A DNA stretch of 64,000 bases from Gammaproteobacteria bacterium. Its GTDB lineage: Bacteria > Pseudomonadota > Gammaproteobacteria > Eutrophobiales > Eutrophobiaceae. Shown here piece by piece: positions 37,472 through 45,848 of this stretch. Numbering within the stretch: the first letter of the stretch is position 1; each line of letters starts with the position of its first letter. The notes under the pieces were generated by a model. It did not search any database. It was not told where the DNA came from and was given only the letters and a program-made list of their open reading frames with translations. Where the stretch lies: positions 480,001 to 544,000 of the forward strand of contig CAXMWX010000001.1 in NCBI GenBank assembly GCA_963422205.2, in the 5' to 3' direction. Position numbers and translations under genes: made by a program.

Positions 37472-40215
37472 TGCCCGGCCCCGATGCGGGTGACATAGAC
37501 CTTGGTGCCATCAATGCTGGCACCGCCGCCATCCAGATAGTCCAGCCCCATCGGCACCAGGGCGTTCAAGCCGGGGCGTTTTAAGTCCCTGGCGAATGGC
37601 ATCTTCCACTGGCCGAACTGGGCCAGCATGACCACCACATCCGGGCGCACGCCCTGACGCAGCCGGGCATGGCCACGGGTTGAATTAACCGGCGAGGTGA
37701 CGGCGATCAGATCGCCATCGGCAATGCCCATGGTCTCGGCGACATGGGCATTCATCACGATGCCATCATGGCCGAAGACATTATCGGCCACCTCTTGGAT
37801 CATCTGAATGCCGACATTCGACCCCCAGGCGTACTGCATGGAGCGCCCGGTCAGCAGCCAGAAAGGAAAATCCGATGCCTTGACGCCATGGTTGCGTTCG
37901 ATCAACGTATCCCAGAGGGCATTCAGATCGGTAAAATGCGGCAGCGGCTGGTATTCGGCCAGTTGCTTGTCCCACCAGGTGACGCCAGTCTCATGCAGGC
38001 GATTGGTCAGTTGTTTTCCCATGCGGTAGTAACGTTCCTGATAGGGTAACTCAAACCGCAAGCCCATATCCTCCAGTTTGTGGTACAGATACCAGTTCAG
38101 GCGTGAGTAGGGCCGGGTCTTAAAACCGTGCTTTCTGAACCAGTCCAGATCAAGGATCTCCTCGCCGCCCGTGAGATCATGGCTGGCGGCCTTGCTGACG
38201 GCATTCCAGATCGCCTCCTGGCTATGTTCCACATCACCGGCCAGGGAAAAATCATAAGAATCGCTCTTTAACGGGATCCCGCACCCCCCATCATTGATGA
38301 CCGCATTATACGCCGCCAGCAGGTCGGTGCGCCGGGCCAGTTCATTGGCAATCCAGCTAAAGTCCTTGGCCTCATGCAGGGGCGGGATCACGGCCTGACG
38401 CAGGGCCCAGCCCTCGGACTCCCAGTGGTTTTCAAAATAATGCCCACCGCCAATGCGATGCAGCTGATCGCTTTCCAGATCGGTCGCCTCGGGCAGGATG
38501 ATATCGGCATAGTGATTGGTCTCATCCAGGGTATAGGCAAAAGCAGCAATGAAGGGGAACTCGGCCATCGCCACACCCAGGCTGTCCGTCTCGGAATGTG
38601 AGATAGCCGGGTTGCATTTGTAGATAAACCAGACATCAGGCGGATGAGGCCGCGGCCAGGAATCAGCCGCCCGGCCTTGCAGCCGTAGCCAGGCGAGTGT
38701 GGTTGAGCCGAATAGCTGTGCGCCCATTTTATCCCCGCCCATGGGCGTTAAGGCATCATGGGCATGACGGGTGAAGGGGTTGGCATTCCAGCCGGCCTTA
38801 TCCGTGGCGGTAAAGGTGTGCATCATAAAGCCATCCTCACCGGCGGCCACGGTCAGCGAGCGCTCCCAGTCGGTATCGCCGGCGATGTGGGTGGTGCTGC
38901 CCAGCATACCGCCAGGCACTTCCAGCGCACCGACCAGCACCTGCATCAGGGTGTGCGCCCAGACGCATTCATAAGCGCCCCAGCCGTTGTTGACCGACTT
39001 GCCCAGCACGGTGGCGACCGGTCGCAATGGCAACGTGCGGCCATCGACGATCTCGGTCTCGCCAATGTGTGCATGGGCGATAAAGTCCTTGACGATGCGC
39101 CTGATGGTAGCGGCGGGGACTTCCGAGAGCCGCTCGGCAAACTCCGGCGTTGTCCTGGCAACCTGCTGCCGCGCCTTCTCAAGGCCGGTCTCGCCCAGTG
39201 CGGTGTGGTGTTGCCAAGTCTGCTCATCAGCGCCGATTTCCAGGCAGTCGGTCACGGTGAAGCTGCCCAGCAGGGCCGGGTCTGTATCGGCGGTATCGTA
39301 AGGAACAGCCATGCGGGTGTTGTTATCCCACAGCAGCGGCTTGTTGCTTTGTGCATCACGTAAATAAAATCCGTGCGGCCCGACCAGATAGGGGGCGGCG
39401 GTCATGTTTTTCAGAAAGGCAACATCCAGTTGCACAATCGGAGTCTCATGCAGCATGACGTGCAGCATGGCGAACAACACGGCGTTGTCGGTCTTGGTTT
39501 TGATGGGGATCCATTCGGTGGCATTGGCGCCGGTGACGCTAAGGTGAGGTTCAAACTGAATCCGTTGCATACCGCGCTTGCGCGCATCGGCATGACGGCG
39601 CACACCCGTCACGCCACCGGAAGCGTCAATATTGCTGCCGAATGAGATCAGGTAGTCACAGCGCGGCGTGTCGGGCAGGACGGTGAAGGCGCGATGCCAG
39701 AGCTCGCCGAACATGTGTTCGGTGTGATAACACTTCACCGTGCCGCCGGCGCCCAGGCTTTGATCAAACGGCCCCCAGGCAAACAGCAGGCAGGGGAAAG
39801 AGCCCATGTACTTGAACGGGGTGGCCGCCCCGCCCGTGGTGAAGGCCAGCCTGGGGTTACCGTGCTCATCCAGCAGCCCCCTGGCCCTGGCGGCGTTCAG
39901 CTTTGAGGCCACGATATCCAGCGCCTCATCCCAGGTGATCTCTACCCAGCCGGGGTCCTCATCACGGCCCTTCTTCGGGTTGCTGCGCTTCATCGGGCGT
40001 TTGATGCGGTGCGGGTTATACAGCTTCTGCACCAGGCCGAAGGGTTTGACACAGACCTTGCCGTCCGCCGGGTGCTCGCCTTTAAGGTCGAAGTTCGGCC
40101 CGATCTGGGTGGCGATGCCATCGATTACCTCTACAGTGAGCAGATCCGGGCCGTTGACGCACTGATAGCAATAGGTGGAGAGTCTTTTTGTATGCTCTTT
40201 GATGACTGCTGACAT
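37468..40215 (-). CDS. padB: Mo-bisPGD oxidoreductase large subunit, phenylacetyl-CoA:acceptor oxidoreductase (PadB)-like
   Basis: YCYQCVNGPD...HPADGKVCVKP, KLYNPHRIKRPMKRSNPKKGRDEDPG, KCYHTEH, ADIILPEATDLES, TGRSMQYAWG; no twin-arginine signal. Family is firm; substrate inferred from recalled PadB similarity. Confidence 0.75.
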   Translation of the reverse strand: MSAVIKEHTKRLSTYCYQCVNGPDLLTVEVIDGIATQIGPNFDLKGEHPADGKVCVKPFGLVQKLYNPHRIKRPMKRSNPKKGRDEDPGWVEITWDEALDIVASKLNAARARGLLDEHGNPRLAFTTGGAATPFKYMGSFPCLLFAWGPFDQSLGAGGTVKCYHTEHMFGELWHRAFTVLPDTPRCDYLISFGSNIDASGGVTGVRRHADARKRGMQRIQFEPHLSVTGANATEWIPIKTKTDNAVLFAMLHVMLHETPIVQLDVAFLKNMTAAPYLVGPHGFYLRDAQSNKPLLWDNNTRMAVPYDTADTDPALLGSFTVTDCLEIGADEQTWQHHTALGETGLEKARQQVARTTPEFAERLSEVPAATIRRIVKDFIAHAHIGETEIVDGRTLPLRPVATVLGKSVNNGWGAYECVWAHTLMQVLVGALEVPGGMLGSTTHIAGDTDWERSLTVAAGEDGFMMHTFTATDKAGWNANPFTRHAHDALTPMGGDKMGAQLFGSTTLAWLRLQGRAADSWPRPHPPDVWFIYKCNPAISHSETDSLGVAMAEFPFIAAFAYTLDETNHYADIILPEATDLESDQLHRIGGGHYFENHWESEGWALRQAVIPPLHEAKDFSWIANELARRTDLLAAYNAVINDGGCGIPLKSDSYDFSLAGDVEHSQEAIWNAVSKAASHDLTGGEEILDLDWFRKHGFKTRPYSRLNWYLYHKLEDMGLRFELPYQERYYRMGKQLTNRLHETGVTWWDKQLAEYQPLPHFTDLNALWDTLIERNHGVKASDFPFWLLTGRSMQYAWGSNVGIQMIQEVADNVFGHDGIVMNAHVAETMGIADGDLIAVTSPVNSTRGHARLRQGVRPDVVVMLAQFGQWKMPFARDLKRPGLNALVPMGLDYLDGGGASIDGTKVYVTRIGAGQ

Positions 40216-40697
40216 AACATCTGCCCCTCAATCGTTTATTTTGCCATTTATTTTTCCTTGCGCTCGCCTGCAACCGGCAAAACGCCTGCTGCATCCATCG
40301 TCAATCGTGATAATGCCCCTGTGGTGCTGTCATAAAACCGGCCATTCCAATATCCACAAAGGAGGCTGGAATTGTAGCACCTTTGGCATGGTGCAGCACG
40401 GCTTGCAGGCGAGATTAAAAAGCCAGTATTGACCCCGATGACAGGCAACCAGGCGATGAGGGTGGTATAGATGGCAACGCCCATGTTGAGCAAAAAACCG
40501 AGGCCCTGTGCATCACCTCATTCAGGCCATGACTGCAAAACTTCATGCCTGTGATGAACGATTGCTATTCACAGCAATGACTTTACTACCAGCGCATGAT
40601 AGTATTTTCCAATGCGGGACAAGGCGAGAGATTCAGGGTGATGAATAGCAAACAGCAGCAGACCAGGACGCCCGACAAAACTCAGAATAAATAACAC

Positions 40698-41705
40698 ATG
40701 CCCCATCACATTGAATCTATCGCCATCTGCATCCCCACCTTCCGGCGACCGCAGCCGTTAGGCCAGTGCCTGGCCTCCATCGGGCAGTTGCAGTTGCCCG
40801 AACAGATCAAGGTAATCGTGATTGTGGTGGACAATGATGTCGAACAATCCGGGCGCGATGCCTTTGATGCGGCCGCTGCCCGGCTACCGGTCGCCGCCCA
40901 TTATCATGTCCAACCAGAGCGCGGCCTGGCCGCCGTCAGAAATGCCCTGCTGGAACACGCCCTGGCACAGCAGGTGAGTCATATTGCCTTTATTGATGAT
41001 GATGAACAGGTGCATCCAGCCTGGCTGCTGAAGATGATCGATGCCCTGCATCGTTATCAGACCGATATCATTACCGGGCCGGTCATCCAGATGTCAGCAT
41101 ATTCTCCTGCCCCCAATCCCCCCCTCCCGAATGCGTCCAGCAACAAAGTCACGCATCAATCAATAGGGATAACTCTCCTTAACTATTTGCTTATCTGCCC
41201 GAATGCGTCCAGCATCAACATCACGTATCAATCAGGCGATACCCCCAGACGCATTGGCACGAACAACGTCTTGTTCAGCATGCGGCTGGTCTCTGAATTG
41301 GGATTGCGCTTTGATCCCCGCTTTAACTTTACTGGCGCTGAGGATATGGATTTCTTCGAGCGTACCAGAGCACAGGGCGCCACCGCGGCATGGCTGGCCG
41401 AACACCTGGTCTTTGAGAGAGCCGTGCCAGCCAGAGAAACGCACCGCTACCTGATCTATAAAAGCTTCGCCATTGGCGTGGGTGGCGCGCGGTTCTACAG
41501 GCGGCATTATGGCATCGTGCGGGTCTTTCTGTATTTCACGCTGCTGGCCATGGTAAGATCCATTCAGGCGATGCGGCATCTCTTGCTGGCGATCATCACC
41601 TCCCCCGCCCGCCATGCGAATGAAGCTGCGTGTCAACTGGCGCGCATCGCCGGGCTTTTTTGCGGCCTGGCAGGCATCACCACCGAGCCTTACCGCTATG
41701 ATTAA
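40698..41705 (+). CDS. Glycosyltransferase family 2 (ExoM-like)
   Basis: ICIPTFRRP, IVVDND, RGLAAVRN, IAFIDDDE, GTNNVLF, FDPRFNFTGAED. Confidence 0.88.
   Translation: MPHHIESIAICIPTFRRPQPLGQCLASIGQLQLPEQIKVIVIVVDNDVEQSGRDAFDAAAARLPVAAHYHVQPERGLAAVRNALLEHALAQQVSHIAFIDDDEQVHPAWLLKMIDALHRYQTDIITGPVIQMSAYSPAPNPPLPNASSNKVTHQSIGITLLNYLLICPNASSINITYQSGDTPRRIGTNNVLFSMRLVSELGLRFDPRFNFTGAEDMDFFERTRAQGATAAWLAEHLVFERAVPARETHRYLIYKSFAIGVGGARFYRRHYGIVRVFLYFTLLAMVRSIQAMRHLLLAIITSPARHANEAACQLARIAGLFCGLAGITTEPYRYD
41126..41234 (+). repeat. Imperfect 37-bp direct repeat, 72 bp apart, in frame within the GT2 gene
   Basis: cccgaatgcgtccagcaacaaagtcacgcatcaatca vs cccgaatgcgtccagcatcaacatcacgtatcaatca (PNASSNKVTHQS / PNASSINITYQS). 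Confidence 0.8.
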
Positions 41706-41791
41706 GCGCCGTTATGTACGATAAGAACACGCATCACACGGGCATGTAGAGGCGGCGGCCATTGACCTCAAATAAGTGAATGCCATCAGTG

Positions 41792-42772
41792 CTACTCTGA
41801 CCATCGCTGCCGCAGCCGCTCCGCATCTTCTTTGGTGTAGAAATGGCGAAAGAACTTAGAGCCCAGCATCTTGTCCAGATGCCACCCGGGCAGCTTGACC
41901 TCGTTTTTGAACAATGCGTAAGAATCGGCGATTGCCCTGGTCTTCTCGGCGGTGACTTTTCGATAGCCCATCTCGAAGGCATCCAGACCGAGAAAATCCT
42001 GCACCCGCTGCGCCTTGGTTGCATTGGGCAGGCTGGATTCCAGGATCATCATATCGGCCTGGTTGAGGCAATAGTAAGCCACTTTCTCATCGGGGAAGGG
42101 TTGCTCGTAGACATCCAGGGACAGGTATTTTTTTACACAGTTATCGAACCAGTCTATAGCGAAGAATTGTGCATCGTAACGTTGAAGAAACATCTGCCGC
42201 AGTTGTGGCGGGTCAAGGTTCTGGATCTGCTTGATATGCTCATCTTTATACAGCCAGCCATCCTGCGGGATCACCAGCCTCCTGTGCAACCTGGAATCCG
42301 CCGGCAGTGCGGCGATGCCTCGCTTGATGCGGTCTTTGACCAGAATCGGCAGTCTGCTTGCCAAGGCGTGTTTCAGCGGGTTACTTTTCAATGGACGCGC
42401 ACCAAGAATACGTTGCAACCTTGTTTCATAGAAAGCCGCGACATTGCGGCCAATCGGCTCACGGATGGGGGTGATGATCTTCAGCCGGTTGTCATCCGTA
42501 TCCGCAGCTGCGGCGGCGGGGAGCGTCCCGTGTACATAACGGGCCAGCAGGTAATCACAGAAGTCAGCCTTGTAATGCCCATGCAGATGGGGAAGCCTGA
42601 TATTTACAGGCTTTTTTTCGGGCGGCAATTTTTCCATTCTGATGGTCAACCCGGGGTACTGGTCAAGCAGCGCACGGTACAGAGACGTGGAGCCAACTTT
42701 GCCGGCGCTGAGTATTAGCACCGGCGGTTTGCGGCAAAAGTCGGCGAATATTTTTGTCCTGGATCTAAACAT
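41792..42772 (-). CDS. Sulfotransferase-like protein (putative capsular polysaccharide synthesis/NKWYS-like family)
   Basis: PAPS-binding-like motifs AGKVGSTSL and IITPIREPIGRNVAAFYE; WFD...LDVYEQPF; C-terminal FFRHFYT...RW. Confidence 0.7.
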   Translation of the reverse strand: MFRSRTKIFADFCRKPPVLILSAGKVGSTSLYRALLDQYPGLTIRMEKLPPEKKPVNIRLPHLHGHYKADFCDYLLARYVHGTLPAAAAADTDDNRLKIITPIREPIGRNVAAFYETRLQRILGARPLKSNPLKHALASRLPILVKDRIKRGIAALPADSRLHRRLVIPQDGWLYKDEHIKQIQNLDPPQLRQMFLQRYDAQFFAIDWFDNCVKKYLSLDVYEQPFPDEKVAYYCLNQADMMILESSLPNATKAQRVQDFLGLDAFEMGYRKVTAEKTRAIADSYALFKNEVKLPGWHLDKMLGSKFFRHFYTKEDAERLRQRWSE

Positions 42773-42943
42773 GGATTTTTATTCCCGAGTTCATCGTTTA
42801 CAGCAGGCGATTACTATTGCCTCAAATCTTGCACTTTAACATGGATACCGATACCATGTAAGGAGTTTTGTAACCATTGTTACGCGTCCATTACAGAATT
42901 AGCCCCAGGCAGTGAATACATCCCTTGATAAGGAGTTGCACAG

Positions 42944-45514
42944 ATGAAGATCGGAAACATGAACCCACCTGCAAACACCCGATGTCTCGTCACTGCCTGT
43001 CTGTGTATCAGTCTGCTCAGTCTGTCTGTCCAGGGTTTTGCTCGGGGTTTTGCCCAGGGTGGCGTGGGCAGTGTGCTGGAGGAGGTGGTGGTCACGGCAC
43101 AAAAGCGCGAGCAGAACGTCCAGGACGTGGGCATTGCCATCACTGCCTTTAACGGTGAGCAGATGCGCGCCCTGGGGGTGGAGGAGAGCTTTGATGTCGC
43201 CGCTTTCTCGCCCGGTGTGCATATCAGCGGCAATCTTGCCGGGCAAAACACGCAGTTCTCCATCCGCGGCGTCACACAAAATGATTTCAACGATGTGATC
43301 GAGGCGCCCAATGCAGTGTATCTGGATGAGGGCTACATCGCCATCGCCCAGGCGCAGACCTTCGCCCTGTTCGATATAGAGCGGGTGGAGATCCTCAAAG
43401 GCCCGCAAGGCACGCTGTTCGGACGCAACGCCACGGGCGGCCTGGTGCAGTATGTGAGCAACAAGCCTGACTTTGACAGCACCCGGGGCTATGTCGATGT
43501 GACCTATGGCCGGTTTGACTCCCCGGCCGATGCCGATCAGTTCCGGGTGGAAGCGGCTGTGGGCGGTCCTCTGTCCGAGACGCTCGCCGGGCGCGTGGCC
43601 TTGCTCTATAACCAGCATGATGGCTATCTGGATAACCTGTACCCGCAGTCTGCCGCGGGCGCAGCGCCCGGGCCGGGGGCGGGTGCTGATCTGGGGGATG
43701 ACGATACCTTTGCCCTGCGAACGACCGCCTTGTTCAAACCACAGGAAAACCTGCGCTTTACCGTATCGGCCAATTATGCACGTACTGAGGTGGCCACCGG
43801 GCCGTATCAGTCCAAGCCGACCACTGGCGTCTACAATGCCGGTGGTGAATTGATCAATGTCATTGATACGCCAGCGGGCGATACCCGGCGCAGCATTGCC
43901 GCCGATGGCTCTGATTTTGGCTCGGATCAGAACGATGATGGCAGGCAGGATGATTTCGTTGACAATGCCACGGGGGTATTGGGGTCGGGCGGCTTTACGC
44001 CGAGCGGCACGCCCATAGGCGATGGCATCGTCGATGTGGGTCGGCCTGCCGGCACGGACTTCTTCGGTTATCTGGACCCCGATGGCGAGGACTTCAGCTT
44101 CTCCGGTGATTTCGCCTTCGCCGATTCCGGCGAGACCGAGACCTGGGGAATCAATGGCCGGGCAGAATGGGAGTTGGACAACGGCATGTTGTTCACCAGC
44201 CTCACCGATTACAAGCAATATGACAAGCTCCTGTTTATTGATGTGGACTCGGCGCCGGTCAATCAACTGGCCAATTATGCCGCGGTTGATGCCAGCAGCT
44301 TCACCCAAGAGCTGCGCCTTACCGGCGAGGGTGAGAATAACCGCTGGCTGCTGGGCTTTTATTATCTGAACATTGACACCGATTCGGACAACGGGCTGAA
44401 GATCTCCGCTGGCGGGGTGGCCGGTGCGCCGGCGGATGTCGGTACGGATGCGGATTTACAGACTCATTCCTACTCGCTGTTCGGCCAGTTGGAATGGGAT
44501 GTGGCTGAACGCATCACCGTGATCAGCGGCCTGCGGCTTATTCAGGAAGAGAAGGACTTCATCATGGATGCGGGGCTGTATCTTAACAGCGACAATCCGC
44601 GCACCATACATGTGGGGGCGAAGACTTCGGGCGTGGCGGCCCTGGCCGTGGATGGCGTTACCCTGCCGGGGCCGACTGCGATTGATACCAGCTCATCGGA
44701 TACCTTATGGGCGGGCAAGCTGCAACTGAATTATCAGGCAAATGATGATCTGCTGCTCTATGCGGGGGTCAATCGTGGCGTGAAGGCCGGCAGTTTTAAT
44801 GCACCTTTACTCGGCTCGTATGTCTCCCTGCAATTTGCCAGAAATGGTCAGGGTAATGATGCCATCCCGTACAAGGAGGAAGTGTTGCTCAGTTACGAGG
44901 GCGGTTTCAAGCAGACGCTTCTCGGTGGGCATACCCGACTGAATGGATCGCTGTTCTATTATGATTATACCGACTATCAAGCCTTTCTGTTTACCGGCGT
45001 GGGTGGCGTGGTGATCAACGCCGATGCGAGAACCTATGGCGTGGAGTTGGAATTGCAGACATCTCCCGTTGAGGGGTTTGATGCCATCTTGAGCGCAAGC
45101 TGGTTTGATGCCACGGTCGAAGATGTGCCGCTGCGTATTGGCTCGGCCATCAGCCGTGATGTAGACCCCACCTATGCCCCGGAATTTCAGTTTACTGCCA
45201 TCGCCCGTTATGAGTGGCCGGTAGCGGCCCTTGGCGGTCGGCTGCATATTGCCGGTGATCTGAGTTACTCCGATCAGTATTTCTATAATCTGCGTAATTT
45301 TGATGCGGATAAATTTGACAGCTATGTCATGGTCAACCTGGGTGCGGGGTGGGCGAGTGAGGATGGCCGCTGGCAGGCCAGGTTCAAGGTGAACAACCTC
45401 ACCGATGCGCGCGCCGGGATTCAGGGCTTTGATATCGCCACCGCCTGCGGTTGCAATGAGATCGCCTTCCGGGCACCGCGCTGGTATGGCGTGAATGTCA
45501 AATATGCTTTTTGA
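42944..45514 (+). CDS. TonB-dependent outer-membrane receptor
   Basis: Signal peptide, LEEVVVTAQKREQNVQDVGIAITAF, FSIRG, FDIERVEILKGPQGTLFGRNATGG, C-terminal PRWYGVNVKYAF. Confidence 0.93.
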   Translation: MKIGNMNPPANTRCLVTACLCISLLSLSVQGFARGFAQGGVGSVLEEVVVTAQKREQNVQDVGIAITAFNGEQMRALGVEESFDVAAFSPGVHISGNLAGQNTQFSIRGVTQNDFNDVIEAPNAVYLDEGYIAIAQAQTFALFDIERVEILKGPQGTLFGRNATGGLVQYVSNKPDFDSTRGYVDVTYGRFDSPADADQFRVEAAVGGPLSETLAGRVALLYNQHDGYLDNLYPQSAAGAAPGPGAGADLGDDDTFALRTTALFKPQENLRFTVSANYARTEVATGPYQSKPTTGVYNAGGELINVIDTPAGDTRRSIAADGSDFGSDQNDDGRQDDFVDNATGVLGSGGFTPSGTPIGDGIVDVGRPAGTDFFGYLDPDGEDFSFSGDFAFADSGETETWGINGRAEWELDNGMLFTSLTDYKQYDKLLFIDVDSAPVNQLANYAAVDASSFTQELRLTGEGENNRWLLGFYYLNIDTDSDNGLKISAGGVAGAPADVGTDADLQTHSYSLFGQLEWDVAERITVISGLRLIQEEKDFIMDAGLYLNSDNPRTIHVGAKTSGVAALAVDGVTLPGPTAIDTSSSDTLWAGKLQLNYQANDDLLLYAGVNRGVKAGSFNAPLLGSYVSLQFARNGQGNDAIPYKEEVLLSYEGGFKQTLLGGHTRLNGSLFYYDYTDYQAFLFTGVGGVVINADARTYGVELELQTSPVEGFDAILSASWFDATVEDVPLRIGSAISRDVDPTYAPEFQFTAIARYEWPVAALGGRLHIAGDLSYSDQYFYNLRNFDADKFDSYVMVNLGAGWASEDGRWQARFKVNNLTDARAGIQGFDIATACGCNEIAFRAPRWYGVNVKYAF

Positions 45515-45848
45515 TCTTTACCTGCCTGTCTTGATGCCGTACTGCTATCGCCTTAACAGACGGCGGGCGGGTGCAGATTCACAAGACGCCGCACCATGAC
45601 CGGGCGTTGTTTTAGTCCGGCAGAAGCGCCGGTACCTTAACAGCCCTTATACGCTTGACCACCGATACGCCGGTAACGGTTTATCTCTGCTGCCCATGCG
45701 GTTTGGCATGATACAGGCACAGGGCAATCTGCCCGTCAACACTCTGTTAAGGCTGCCTTGCTTATAACACAGGGGCGATAGCCGCTCATCATGATTGTTA
45801 TATATACTGTGTGCCATGTATCTCAATCAGGTTTACCATCATCCGATC

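Noticed and set aside
40248-40493. 81-aa minus-strand ORF with a hydrophobic start upstream of padB
   Set aside because: TTG start, no RBS and no recognisable family; could be a membrane-protein remnant but cannot be supported.
41843-42718. 291-aa plus-strand ORF
   Set aside because: Antisense to the sulfotransferase-like gene, which has the recognisable motifs.
42899-44308. 469-aa minus-strand ORF
   Set aside because: Antisense shadow of the TonB receptor, typical of GC-rich codon bias.
45515-45848. Long intergenic region examined for a riboswitch, sRNA or tRNA
   Set aside because: Only weak GC-rich hairpins; no recognisable conserved RNA motif by eye. A covariance-model search would be needed.
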